Shown: piece after piece, positions 28,569 to 37,947 of the stretch
Numbering within the stretch: position 1 is the stretch's first letter
Layout: each line of letters opens with the position of its first letter
Origin: a virus
Taxonomy: Duplodnaviria; Caudoviricetes
Virus record (IMG/VR): IMGVR_UViG_3300015607_002466
Location: 13,394-77,393 of that record
DNA length: 64,000 bases
Strand: one strand, 5' to 3'
The notes under the pieces: model-generated
Database searches by the model: none
What the model was told of the DNA's origin: nothing
Seen by the model: only the letters and a program-made list of their open reading frames with translations
Made by a program: the position numbers and the translations under genes

Positions 28569-30299
28569 TTATTTATGCGATTTTTTGTTCTTTGGGAAAT
28601 AATTTCTCTTGATACGTTTCAAGACCTTCCCATTAAACAAACGAGTTGGAACGGTAGCAATGCTTGCTGAAGTCGTTGCAGTCGTGTCAGGCGCTGGTGC
28701 AGCATCGGCAGGTGCAACATCTCCACCTTCACCATCTTCGTTCAAAGATGAAATGACTTTAATTAGAGATAGATTTTCAGACATTATAGGACCTTTCTTT
28801 GTGATTTCTTCTGCGACCTTTTTGTGAGTATCGTTGATGAACTTTCCATAAATGGCGATAATCAAATCTTCTACTTTTTGAGATTTCTTTACATCAGCAA
28901 TCAATCGGTCGATTTCTTTAAACAATTCGGCAAATGCTAATAAGGTTCTCTTTCGTGATTCTTCTGAATACGCAATAGTTTTACCGTTCTTTAGCTTTAC
29001 CTTGTAGTCTCCTGCTTCTTGTTTGAACTTATCGAGTCGTGACTTTAAGTCGTCCTTTGTGTCAACAAGAATAGCGATGATTTTGGTTTTGTACATACCA
29101 AAATCATTAATTTTTAGGGTCTTTGCGAAATTTTTAGCGGTATCCTCAGGGGTATTACCAATATAGCTTGCAAAAATCTTCTTAGCTTTTGCTGATTTCG
29201 CTAGCTCTTTCATGTCAAATAGGTTTGCAATTCGCAATTTGCAGTTACCAAACACTCCACCCTTATTTTGTAGAGGAGCTTCCATGTCGTCAGACATGAC
29301 TGCACCATTCAACTCATTTCTGATTTTAAAGTTGAACTCATTGATTGCTGTGAAAAGGTCTCTATCAACAATTTTAATTTGCTCATCACCATCGGAAAGA
29401 ACAAAACCTTCCAAATCAGATTTCTCTTTTGATTTGAATGCCGCGCTTAGAAACTCTCCATTATCCATTAGGTCAGTGAATAACTTTTTCTTAATTGGGA
29501 GTTTAAATTCGGTCAAGACGGTTTGGTTAAGAATCTCTTTCTCACTACGAATAACTTTTTTTACTTCTGCTGAAATACCGACCAAGCGCATAGTCATAAC
29601 AGAGAAGTTCGATACATCTTGTCCCATTGCTTGGGAGACTTTCTTATTAGTTTGGTGGAGAAACTTTTCTAGACCGTCAACAATCTTTAGGACAGATTTA
29701 TGTGAGATTAAGGACGCTGATACTTTTTCAGAAACGTTCTTTACGATTTTCCATTTGAATGGGGATTTAGTTCTTACTAGAGATTCGCCATCAACAGTGT
29801 CGATAACTTCAGATTGTACGTTGACTTCTTTGCCGTCAAGCATGCTGACCAATTTATCAAAATGCTCTTGGGAGGTTCCATCTACTGGTCGAAGAAGAAC
29901 AATGTAGTTGATTCCTTCTTCGGAATACTTGACAACGTTTGGTTGTTTACCAAACACAACTTCAATTTCGATCTTATCACCTGGATGTAGAGCTCCTCGA
30001 TACTTTCCAAGCTTCATAAATGATTGAAGCGCATCATGTGCTGAACGGAATCCATTGTACGCAGCAACCTTGCTGTAATCTTTTGATTCGTACTTTCTAT
30101 CCTTATCACCGCTCTTTTGTTCTCGAGTTGTGTAAAAAATGTCCGAATCGTCTAATCCAAACCACAAGTTGGCGCCGTCGATTTTCTCTGACACGTGAAA
30201 TTTGAAGATGTTCTTGATGATGTCGATGAACTTATCAATCGACAAATCTTCAATGTGTGTAATTCCCTCGTTTAGTCTAGTAACTCTCATGGCTTCCAC
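28569..30299 (-). CDS. Ligase-like covalent nucleotidyltransferase with a long helical C-terminus
   Basis: EKIDG (motif I), EIEVV (III), EGFVL (IV) and IKIVD (V); perfect TATAAATA upstream. Confidence 0.55.
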   Translation of the reverse strand: MEAMRVTRLNEGITHIEDLSIDKFIDIIKNIFKFHVSEKIDGANLWFGLDDSDIFYTTREQKSGDKDRKYESKDYSKVAAYNGFRSAHDALQSFMKLGKYRGALHPGDKIEIEVVFGKQPNVVKYSEEGINYIVLLRPVDGTSQEHFDKLVSMLDGKEVNVQSEVIDTVDGESLVRTKSPFKWKIVKNVSEKVSASLISHKSVLKIVDGLEKFLHQTNKKVSQAMGQDVSNFSVMTMRLVGISAEVKKVIRSEKEILNQTVLTEFKLPIKKKLFTDLMDNGEFLSAAFKSKEKSDLEGFVLSDGDEQIKIVDRDLFTAINEFNFKIRNELNGAVMSDDMEAPLQNKGGVFGNCKLRIANLFDMKELAKSAKAKKIFASYIGNTPEDTAKNFAKTLKINDFGMYKTKIIAILVDTKDDLKSRLDKFKQEAGDYKVKLKNGKTIAYSEESRKRTLLAFAELFKEIDRLIADVKKSQKVEDLIIAIYGKFINDTHKKVAEEITKKGPIMSENLSLIKVISSLNEDGEGGDVAPADAAPAPDTTATTSASIATVPTRLFNGKVLKRIKRNYFPKNKKSHK

Positions 30300-30318
30300 G
30301 ATTATTGTAGTAATGTTC

Positions 30319-30326
30319 TATTTATA
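30319..30326 (-). promoter_or_regulatory. T4-late-type promoter TATAAATA
   Basis: Perfect match 20 nt upstream of ATG 30299. The same motif occurs at 35081, 62755 and 63969, and the TAAATA core precedes many other genes. Confidence 0.7.
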
Positions 30327-30395
30327 GAAACAAAAATAGGGAGACCAATATTGGTCTCCCCGTTATACTCACTTTTTTGGAAGTGAGTATAACCG

Positions 30396-30641
30396 TTAGG
30401 CTGCTGGGCTTTGCTCGGTTTCCTGAGCTGCTTGAGGATTTAGTTCCTTCTTAATCAGATCAGTAATTTCACGATTTGCTTCACGAAGAGCGGCTTCAGA
30501 TTTAGCAGCTTCAAGACGTAGATCTTGGAGTTCCTTTTCCCAAATTAGGATGATTTGGGTTAGGCGTTGAACTTGAGGCGAGAACATGGAAAGATCATAT
30601 TCATTGCCGTCGATGATAATGGTTTTTAGTTGGTCGTCCAT
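30396..30641 (-). CDS. Hypothetical coiled-coil protein
   Basis: 81 aa, SD AAGGA. Confidence 0.6.
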   Translation of the reverse strand: MDDQLKTIIIDGNEYDLSMFSPQVQRLTQIILIWEKELQDLRLEAAKSEAALREANREITDLIKKELNPQAAQETEQSPAA

Positions 30642-30665
30642 TTTGTTTCCTTTCTGGTTTTATGG

Positions 30666-32039
30666 TTATTTAGGTCCTGATGACTCAGTTCCTGAGATTT
30701 CATCAACTGCATCCAAGACGTTGAAAAGAGGATTCTTGGAATGATTGATTTTGTCTAGCACAGTTCCTGCACTATGAACTTCAGAGTTGTCTCGTGGCTT
30801 TTTCACCTTTAGGTCTTTACCACCAGACTTATCCAAATTTGTTACACGAAGAGCAATAGGGTCCCACTTTAGTAGAGTCTTTTTACCTACGCCGTTAGAG
30901 TTACGAGTTTTTGCGTACTCAACTATATATTCTCCAGCGGCTCTCATTTGCTCGGTTTGAACAATCGCTAGGAAGTTGTCGCAAGTGTTCACCTTTGAGA
31001 TACCACCTTGAATGTGACCTTGGTGGATGTGTTCTGCTTCAAGAGCGCCGCGTCCCAACTGAGAAGCTGAAATTACCAAACAATCGAAGTCATGACCTAG
31101 TGCGCGAGCTTCTTCAGCGACGTATTTATCTTTGATGAAGAGGTTGTCTGCGGGAATCTTATGATTGGTCGTCATAAGGTCCAAGTAGTCGATTACGATA
31201 AAGTCTGGTAGGAAACCATTGACTGCTTCGAATTCCTTGATATAGGCTCGAAGGTGGTTAGCGTTGGTTGAGCTTTCTGGGAAACGCTTAACGTAGAACT
31301 TACCCATCAAGTCACGAGTTGCTTCCAACTCATGAGAAATCTGATGGATGTTCTTGAAGATGTCTTGTTGACCGATACCGGTGAGCATAGAGTCCAGGCG
31401 TTTTGCAACGACCTCTTCACTTAGTTCAAGAGTGAAGTAGATGCCGTTGAGACCTTGCGACAATAGGTTTGCCGCCATGTTCAACATGAAGATGGACTTA
31501 CCTACGCCTGAGTTTGCGCCAAAGAGTAGGAGTTCTTGTCGACCTACACCGCCACCTAGAACTTCATCGATGTCTCTCCATCCAGTTGGGATCAATCGAG
31601 TCGAGTCAAGAAGTTTCTTTAGGCGAAGTTCAGGGTTCGCAAAGTAGTCGGTACCAAGATCGCGATTTAGAGATACACCAATCGCTTGCTTCAAGTTCAA
31701 TTCGATTTTACCAAAGTCACCTTCTTGGAGAAGCTTTGGTGCGCCTAGGATGGCGGCTTCGATTGCTTTGTTCTTACAGAATTGTTCGACTTGGTCTGAA
31801 GCATACTTCACTTCAGCCTTGGTCAAAGTTCTGGTTGGAACTTCCATACCAGTTTCGGCCTTGACAACCTCTGGTGATGGAATGTTTTTGTACTTTTCGA
31901 AATACTCTTGCGAGAAATTGACAACCCGTTTTATGGATGGGTCGAAATACGAGGATTTGATGATTCCGTGGCAAGTTGCGTACAAGTCATGATCGCTGAG
32001 CAAGTGCGCAACAAGCAGTTTCTGCTTGTCGATTTCCAT
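30666..32039 (-). CDS. Replicative DnaB-type helicase (T4 gp41-like)
   Basis: Walker A GANSGVGKS, IVIDYLDLM and SASQLGR. Confidence 0.92.
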   Translation of the reverse strand: MEIDKQKLLVAHLLSDHDLYATCHGIIKSSYFDPSIKRVVNFSQEYFEKYKNIPSPEVVKAETGMEVPTRTLTKAEVKYASDQVEQFCKNKAIEAAILGAPKLLQEGDFGKIELNLKQAIGVSLNRDLGTDYFANPELRLKKLLDSTRLIPTGWRDIDEVLGGGVGRQELLLFGANSGVGKSIFMLNMAANLLSQGLNGIYFTLELSEEVVAKRLDSMLTGIGQQDIFKNIHQISHELEATRDLMGKFYVKRFPESSTNANHLRAYIKEFEAVNGFLPDFIVIDYLDLMTTNHKIPADNLFIKDKYVAEEARALGHDFDCLVISASQLGRGALEAEHIHQGHIQGGISKVNTCDNFLAIVQTEQMRAAGEYIVEYAKTRNSNGVGKKTLLKWDPIALRVTNLDKSGGKDLKVKKPRDNSEVHSAGTVLDKINHSKNPLFNVLDAVDEISGTESSGPK

Positions 32040-32062
32040 GCTTAATTCCTTTATAGTTTTTG

Positions 32063-33055
32063 TTATCGTGAGCAGTTTAGCTCAATAAGCATCTTGGCTT
32101 CAAATTCGTTCTTTGGAATTTGGTTGAACAATTGGTAGATTGTCCAACATTTGCCATATGTAATTATACTCTTATTTACGTCATCTGTAAACTGAGTGGC
32201 GAAAGTAATTTTCCAACCATTTTCAAGAGCTTTCTCAGCCACCATTCGGCCGTTTTTGTCCTTGTCAATGACGAAAATTAGTTCTCGCCTGCTCTTCTTG
32301 AGAATTTCAATTTTTGCCTCATTGATTTTGCTACCAATGAGAGCTACGCCATTCATTGGTAGCGCGTCAAAGACGCCTTCTGAAACGAAGAGCGGGCCTG
32401 AACCGCGAAAGAGCTCATCGAAATTGAAGATGATATTCTCTTTTGGTTCAGTGCAATTGTCCCAACGATCCTTTTTACTGGAACCATTGGTATAATTTCG
32501 ACCTTGCCAGTAAATGATCTTACCATTACGGTAAAACGGAATAATGACAAAGTTGAGACGTTTGGGATCGAGAGTGAAGTAGAACGGATACGCAAAAGGA
32601 TCAATCTTTCTACTTAAGAGATACTCAACAATTCTCTCTTGTACTTGAATTCCCTTATCTGTTGAGCCGAGTAGCATCGCACCTTTAGGCAGCTCAACTT
32701 CTGGTGTGATCAGGTAATTCTTTTTCTCTTTCTTTTGTGATACATCAGCTAGAGAAATCGTTTCACTCTCAGTGTTCTTGTTAAAAAATGCTTTGCCGAT
32801 TTCTTTGTCAATGTCTTCATCAGAGATGCCAAAGATGTTTAGAATCTTTCTAAACTTTCTGGTAATCTCTCCACTATTTTCGACATAGCGCCCGCCCGCT
32901 CCACAATTGAAGCAATTGTAACCAACTTCACCGCCTTGAAACTTGAATCCCCCACGATCGGTATGATCATGACAGACATCACAGACACAATGGTGAAAGC
33001 CGGTATGGGCCACTCTTGTAAAGTGGACCCGTTGCCGGATCAGATCTTCAAGCAT
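32063..33055 (-). CDS. DNA primase (T4 gp61-like)
   Basis: Zn finger CDVC...CFNC; TOPRIM motifs SEGVFDA and DKD. Confidence 0.9.
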   Translation of the reverse strand: MLEDLIRQRVHFTRVAHTGFHHCVCDVCHDHTDRGGFKFQGGEVGYNCFNCGAGGRYVENSGEITRKFRKILNIFGISDEDIDKEIGKAFFNKNTESETISLADVSQKKEKKNYLITPEVELPKGAMLLGSTDKGIQVQERIVEYLLSRKIDPFAYPFYFTLDPKRLNFVIIPFYRNGKIIYWQGRNYTNGSSKKDRWDNCTEPKENIIFNFDELFRGSGPLFVSEGVFDALPMNGVALIGSKINEAKIEILKKSRRELIFVIDKDKNGRMVAEKALENGWKITFATQFTDDVNKSIITYGKCWTIYQLFNQIPKNEFEAKMLIELNCSR

Positions 33056-33090
33056 TTAGTTCATTCATTGAATAATACGATACTTCATAC

Positions 33091-33411
33091 TTAAATCCTT
33101 GGTGGTGTAAGTACAGAGAATGGCAATTTTACCGTATGCGCCAAAGCTATTTTAGCTTTACCCTCGACTACGTACTGGATTTTTCCATCTTTAATAGATC
33201 CGTGATAATGATTGCTTGTTGATTTCCACGATTCATCGTCTTTCAGATTCCGCTTTAAGGTGCGTTCGCAGTCAAAATATCCACGTTTCACGATATCATT
33301 AACACGTTCTTCGTGAATCTGTTCGGGGGTCAAAGGCGCTGGCTTCGGCAAAACATACGGAATAAACATTCCAACCAGAAGAATGCAACCAAGGATTTTA
33401 GAGGTTTTCAT
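33091..33411 (-). CDS. Small membrane-anchored hypothetical protein
   Basis: N-terminal hydrophobic helix, SD GGAG and a sigma70-type promoter upstream. Confidence 0.6.
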   Translation of the reverse strand: MKTSKILGCILLVGMFIPYVLPKPAPLTPEQIHEERVNDIVKRGYFDCERTLKRNLKDDESWKSTSNHYHGSIKDGKIQYVVEGKAKIALAHTVKLPFSVLTPPRI

Positions 33412-33443
33412 CGTAATTACTCCATCAGTTTATCAGTGAAATC

Positions 33444-33473
33444 ATTATATCATATTTCGATTTCGCTTGTAAA
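33444..33473 (-). promoter_or_regulatory. sigma70-type promoter TTTACA-N18-TATAAT
   Basis: Upstream of 33411; a second TTTACA lies just upstream. Confidence 0.7.
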
Positions 33474-33496
33474 CTAGATTTTGTAAAAACTTTGAT

Positions 33497-33721
33497 TTAG
33501 TTCTTTGCTACTTGAGCTCGATGCCAAATAAAGGTCGCCAAATGCTGCAGAATACCCACATCAATTTTGTCGTATTTCACGATGTCTCCATTGGTTGGTG
33601 GAGTATCGCTGCCTTGGTTCCACCATTCGGTGAAAGCTTCTTTAAGGCCTACATAATTGTCTGGTAGAGAATTGGTCGGTGCTGGATTAGCAGGCGGCCA
33701 AGCTTCTTGTTCTGTGCTCAT
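33497..33721 (-). CDS. Hypothetical protein
   Basis: 74 aa, SD AAGGA. Confidence 0.55.
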   Translation of the reverse strand: MSTEQEAWPPANPAPTNSLPDNYVGLKEAFTEWWNQGSDTPPTNGDIVKYDKIDVGILQHLATFIWHRAQVAKN

Positions 33722-33733
33722 TTGGCGAGTTCC

Positions 33734-34381
33734 TTATCTGATATTTTTTATGTGGTTTTTAACTTCTTTGACATAATGCAAAGTGCTCGGATTTGAGACT
33801 TCTCGTACTCCTCCGGGACCTTTGTTGTATGCTGCGACGAGTTTATCACCCTCATAACCATAATCGTCAGAAAGAATCTTCAGATATCTGGTAGAAATCT
33901 CAACGTTGAACAAATCGTTCATGATAAGATTTGCGATAACTTCTTCGTCAGTATGTGTATGAAAATCGTATTTGTCCCACAGATGCGGGAAACGATTCAA
34001 CACAGCTTTTGCTGCAGAAAGCTTAATTTGTCCAATACCGTAGTATCGCTCATTTGTCTTCAAACCAAATTCTTGGCCTGCGACTTTGTATGAGTCTAGA
34101 CCGCCAGCCTTGGATTCTTGAATAAGAATGCCTTGAGCAAGCTCTGGTTTCTTTAAGCCGATAGCTTTAGCCATCGAATAAGCCGCATTAAGAATGCGGT
34201 GCTGTTTTTCAGAGAGATTTTCTGGGACAGCAAAAGTTAATGGATCACCTCCGAGGGCTTTGTCAAATTTTGGAGAAATGACAGATGTGCCGATCTTCGG
34301 TTGCGTAATTTGATAAAAGTTGCCTAGAACTCCTACCGACATGACTGAAACGACAGCCAATATAGACAGTGTATATCTCAC
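33734..34381 (-). CDS. SLT-family lytic transglycosylase with an N-terminal signal/anchor
   Basis: IQES catalytic Glu, YGIGQI and AAYNKGP motifs; GTG start with SD AAGGAG. Confidence 0.8.
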   Translation of the reverse strand: MRYTLSILAVVSVMSVGVLGNFYQITQPKIGTSVISPKFDKALGGDPLTFAVPENLSEKQHRILNAAYSMAKAIGLKKPELAQGILIQESKAGGLDSYKVAGQEFGLKTNERYYGIGQIKLSAAKAVLNRFPHLWDKYDFHTHTDEEVIANLIMNDLFNVEISTRYLKILSDDYGYEGDKLVAAYNKGPGGVREVSNPSTLHYVKEVKNHIKNIR

Positions 34382-34563
34382 TGAATACTCCTTTCTTGTT
34401 GTTGAGACAATAGAGAGTGCTCTATAAGTAAAGCATCAATCTTCGTATGTATCGGTATTTCGGTATAGCTATGCTATTATAACATATTTCCTGCTCTAAA
34501 TAAACAAAAAGGATAAATGGCTCGCACCATTTATCCCATTTGACTTGTGCAGTTTTTTATTTA

Positions 34564-34995
34564 TTAGCCGAAGACTTTAGTGGTCTTATCTAGAGCTGCT
34601 TCAGCTGGGTTGGTAAAGTCTGAACCGATCATCTTATCGGAAACCTTAGCGGTGACTGAACCTAGAGTGTCGCGAGAAGCCAATGCACCCTTTGGACGCT
34701 TGGTCTTTACGCAGTTGAAATGGAAGAAATCCAATGCATTCATACCATTACTTAGGGTAGCCTGGGATAGTAGCTCCCATAGTGGGTATTTGTCTGCGTG
34801 AACTGAAGTAACGATCTTCTTTAGACGTTGCTTATCGATATTGTGTAGTGGGGAAATTGGGATGTAGTAGATGGTGCCATCATCTTCTTCCTTCACGATT
34901 GCAACTTCTTGAAGTAGACCTGAATCGTCAACGTCAACACGGAAAATATGTGGTAGATCGGTTGCCTGCTTCGCGATGGTTTCTTTGATTGCCAT
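34564..34995 (-). CDS. Hypothetical phage protein
   Basis: 143 aa, SD AAGGAG, TATAAATA upstream. Confidence 0.6.
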   Translation of the reverse strand: MAIKETIAKQATDLPHIFRVDVDDSGLLQEVAIVKEEDDGTIYYIPISPLHNIDKQRLKKIVTSVHADKYPLWELLSQATLSNGMNALDFFHFNCVKTKRPKGALASRDTLGSVTAKVSDKMIGSDFTNPAEAALDKTTKVFG

Positions 34996-35116
34996 TAACT
35001 TGCTCCTTATTGGTATGGAAATATAAATTTGTGATTTGGTTATAAATACATCTAGAGAACCAAATCAATTCACTCAATTTTATTTATATCTCCGAAAAGG
35101 CGTTTTCGGGAGAAAA

Positions 35117-35521
35117 TTAACGACCCCCATTAAAGAACCAAGTTTCTGCCTTTTCTAAGGTGTTAAATGGTCCAGTTCCACTCTTAACCGTCATATCATC
35201 AGCATCACCATAAACAAGAATGAATTTATTCCATTCATTGTTATGCGTCAAAACTGGCTCACTGAGCTCTATCACTCGAACTTTCGAATAATGTTCGAGT
35301 TCGGTCTTGATCCATTTGTCAATCATGGGATCGATATACGATCCACCATCAGGAACCCTTGACCAACGGTGAGCAGTGCCGTCTTTAAGACATTGCTGGT
35401 AGCTTTCCAAAGTTTTCTTAGCTTGTTCTTTAGAGTAAACACGATGTTGTTCGTGTTTAGCTACAGCCCTTTCGATTTGCTCTTTTACTTTAGTTTGGTC
35501 AAGGTCGTGACGTGTATTCAT
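35117..35521 (-). CDS. Hypothetical protein
   Basis: 134 aa; TAATG coupling to rnh. Confidence 0.6.
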   Translation of the reverse strand: MNTRHDLDQTKVKEQIERAVAKHEQHRVYSKEQAKKTLESYQQCLKDGTAHRWSRVPDGGSYIDPMIDKWIKTELEHYSKVRVIELSEPVLTHNNEWNKFILVYGDADDMTVKSGTGPFNTLEKAETWFFNGGR

Positions 35522-36486
35522 TAAAATGAAATCAATCCAGAAGTTTTGGCCTTCTTCAAGTCCTTCTTATTTTCATGAAGGCTGAAGATTTCGTTGTAGT
35601 TCATCGATTCGTCAGCAATCGACTTAAGCTGATACTCCCCAAGGAACTTCATGAAATGGAAGTAGGAGAATTGAGCACGATTTTCGATAGCTTCATCGAT
35701 AGTTTGCTGAATAAGGTCCTTAATTTCCTGAGGCTGGGCGTCAAGGTCCATCAACAGCTTATTTTCTTCGAATAGGTCTTTTACCAAGAATGTCTGGGTA
35801 ATTTCACCAGTTTCAGGGTCCTTTACAGACCAAGTCTCATTCATGATGTTGGTAAATTCGAATGCGTCTTTGTAAGCCTTTTCGATTCGAGTAGAACGAA
35901 TGCGTGGATACGCAGTCATGACATTATCGCCACCATCCCCACGGAAACACTTCTCAAACATGAAGAATTCAGGATCGTCACAAGTACGTTCTTTGCCCTT
36001 ATCTGGGTTGATAAGCCTAACGTTCTTATAACGAAGAAGTTGGGTAAAGTCCTTATCTCCAGATAGGATGATAATTTCATCACCAGCTTCAGAAAATCTC
36101 TTCGTGAACCCAGCAATTAAATCGTCACCTTCAACACGATCAGCGTTCAACACTGTCGAAGTTGTATGCAGCTTAAGGAATTCTTTAAACGAATCAACTA
36201 GTTGGAAGAAGATTTCATTTGACGCGGTGTATACTCGATTGCCTTTGTAAAGTCGCTTTGAGACACATGCGTCGCTCTTGGTGTACTCTTTTCGCCAGTT
36301 GTTACGACCTTCAAACGCGAAAGCTACCTGATCGGGTTTATGCTTCTTGTAATGAGACAATACCGTGCGAAAGCACATGTGCATTGCAAGACCTGCATTT
36401 AGTTCATCATCGTCAGTCTTAATCTTCTGGTTTGCTGAGTGTACTCGGAACAGTAGGTTCGGAGTATCAATGATCATGCGTTTCAT
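35521..36486 (-). CDS. rnh: T4 RNase H / 5'-3' exonuclease (FEN family)
   Basis: IIDTPNL, FAFEG, EGDDLIA, SGDKDFTQL and GDGGDNV motifs. Confidence 0.88.
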   Translation of the reverse strand: MKRMIIDTPNLLFRVHSANQKIKTDDDELNAGLAMHMCFRTVLSHYKKHKPDQVAFAFEGRNNWRKEYTKSDACVSKRLYKGNRVYTASNEIFFQLVDSFKEFLKLHTTSTVLNADRVEGDDLIAGFTKRFSEAGDEIIILSGDKDFTQLLRYKNVRLINPDKGKERTCDDPEFFMFEKCFRGDGGDNVMTAYPRIRSTRIEKAYKDAFEFTNIMNETWSVKDPETGEITQTFLVKDLFEENKLLMDLDAQPQEIKDLIQQTIDEAIENRAQFSYFHFMKFLGEYQLKSIADESMNYNEIFSLHENKKDLKKAKTSGLISF

Positions 36487-36794
36487 GTACGAACAACTTC
36501 CATTTTAGATTCATCTGGATTTACGAGAAGCTTTACTTTCTCAGTGAACCCAACGATAAGTGGCTCAACCATATCAACTACCAACTTTTCTTGTTCTTCA
36601 GTCATGGTCTCGGAACCGTCACGAACCAACTCAAATAGAATTGAAGCGATCACTGAACCAAAACAGAAAGACAGATCACCAATCGAAGCCTGGGCTTCTT
36701 CAACTAGAGGATCGACTTCCTCTAGAACGTGGTGAATATGATGCTGAAGACCGACCTGAACGGCCTTATAAAATTCTGACAACTTTTCGGACAT
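36483..36794 (-). CDS. Hypothetical protein
   Basis: 103 aa; ATGA overlap with rnh. Confidence 0.6.
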   Translation of the reverse strand: MSEKLSEFYKAVQVGLQHHIHHVLEEVDPLVEEAQASIGDLSFCFGSVIASILFELVRDGSETMTEEQEKLVVDMVEPLIVGFTEKVKLLVNPDESKMEVVRT

Positions 36795-36817
36795 TTCTTT
36801 TCCTTTATTTTACCGAA

Positions 36818-37483
36818 TTAGGTGATGATATTTTGGTTTTCCATCAACTTTGGAATGTAAGCTCGAACGAAAGTGTTTTGACTCTTAAGAACGAACTTGA
36901 TGTTTTCATAAGCTGCTTCTTGGTCGAAGAACTTACGACGAGCAATCTTGAGCATTGGGAGAACAAAGTTCTCGGTTTCGTCCACGTAGCTCATTTGCTT
37001 CGTAGTCGTGAATACATGCGCCATGCTACCTTGGTTGTGAATACGGTCGCCGCCTTTGGCGATGCTACCATGCGGAGTTTTAGCAAGATTTGCGTAATAC
37101 TCCTCGGTCGACAGCTTTTTGCCTTTATATTCTTTGCTGATGGTCATGATTTCATCGGCCATCTCGCAACCAACGATTCCACAAACTTGCTCAAATGTTA
37201 CAAATGGTGCTTTAGCACTATAGTCTTCTAGAATGTCGTGACCAAGTGCTAGACCAATAACTAATGCCGGATTTCGAAGATCACTTAGGGTTCGGATGAA
37301 GTGGGCAATTTCCAGTTGGTGTTGAAATTCTGGAGTGCTTCCATCCTTTCGAGTACCAACATGAACGTCCTTTGCGAATTCCAGCATGTTTAGAGCTGGA
37401 ACATAGGACTTGTCAAACTTCGCTGCTGAAATCAGGTAATAGCGAAGAGAAAGATACAGCTTTTCGAAGGTTGTTGCCATCAT
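36818..37483 (-). CDS. RelA/SpoT-type HD-domain hydrolase (small alarmone hydrolase-like)
   Basis: H-x-G-x-RKDG...H, HDILED and K-x-x-DRIHN motifs. Confidence 0.8.
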   Translation of the reverse strand: MMATTFEKLYLSLRYYLISAAKFDKSYVPALNMLEFAKDVHVGTRKDGSTPEFQHQLEIAHFIRTLSDLRNPALVIGLALGHDILEDYSAKAPFVTFEQVCGIVGCEMADEIMTISKEYKGKKLSTEEYYANLAKTPHGSIAKGGDRIHNQGSMAHVFTTTKQMSYVDETENFVLPMLKIARRKFFDQEAAYENIKFVLKSQNTFVRAYIPKLMENQNIIT

Positions 37484-37496
37484 CCTACCCCTAGAG

Positions 37497-37613
37497 TTAT
37501 AGTTCTATTCCGCAACGTGTGCATCGCCACATTGCTTTTCCATTCTTATCGTTGAAACGAATTGGTACATGCCGCTTATTGAACCAGCAAATTACCCATT
37601 TAAAAATGTTCAT
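37497..37613 (-). CDS. 38-aa Cys/His Zn-finger micro-protein (not in the ORF track)
   Basis: Hand translation MNIFKWVICWFNKRHVPIRFNDKNGKAMWRCTRCGIEL. It fills the gap between a promoter and the HD gene. Confidence 0.6.
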   Translation of the reverse strand: MNIFKWVICWFNKRHVPIRFNDKNGKAMWRCTRCGIEL

Positions 37614-37647
37614 TATCTTGAACTTTCTTGAATTATATCACAAAACT

Positions 37648-37947
37648 TTAACTTCTGAAACGATTTTTCTCAGATGTCATGGTTGGGGCAGCAAGAGAGT
37701 CATCTGAGACGGCCTCATTTAAACCATCCACTTTTGGAATGATCATGCTGCCTAGAAAGAAATTTTCAACGATTTCCTGTTCATTATGGCCAACAAATCC
37801 AGCCCTTTTCAGATTTTCTAGAAATGCAGGATTCCATGCCATGTCGTAACGGACTGATCCATCTTCGACCCCCGTTGTGACAAATCTTGCCCAAGGTTTC
37901 TTGGAACGGTTTTGAAGCTTTTCATCAAGCCATGATAGGAAGCTCAT
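37648..37947 (-). CDS. Hypothetical phage protein
   Basis: 99 aa; ATGA overlap. Confidence 0.6.
   Translation of the reverse strand: MSFLSWLDEKLQNRSKKPWARFVTTGVEDGSVRYDMAWNPAFLENLKRAGFVGHNEQEIVENFFLGSMIIPKVDGLNEAVSDDSLAAPTMTSEKNRFRS

Noticed and set aside
29212-29907. 231-aa plus-strand ORF
   Set aside because: It is fully antisense to the motif-bearing 576-aa gene and has no recognisable features.
36560-37231. 223-aa plus-strand ORF
   Set aside because: It is antisense to two well-supported genes, including the HD hydrolase.
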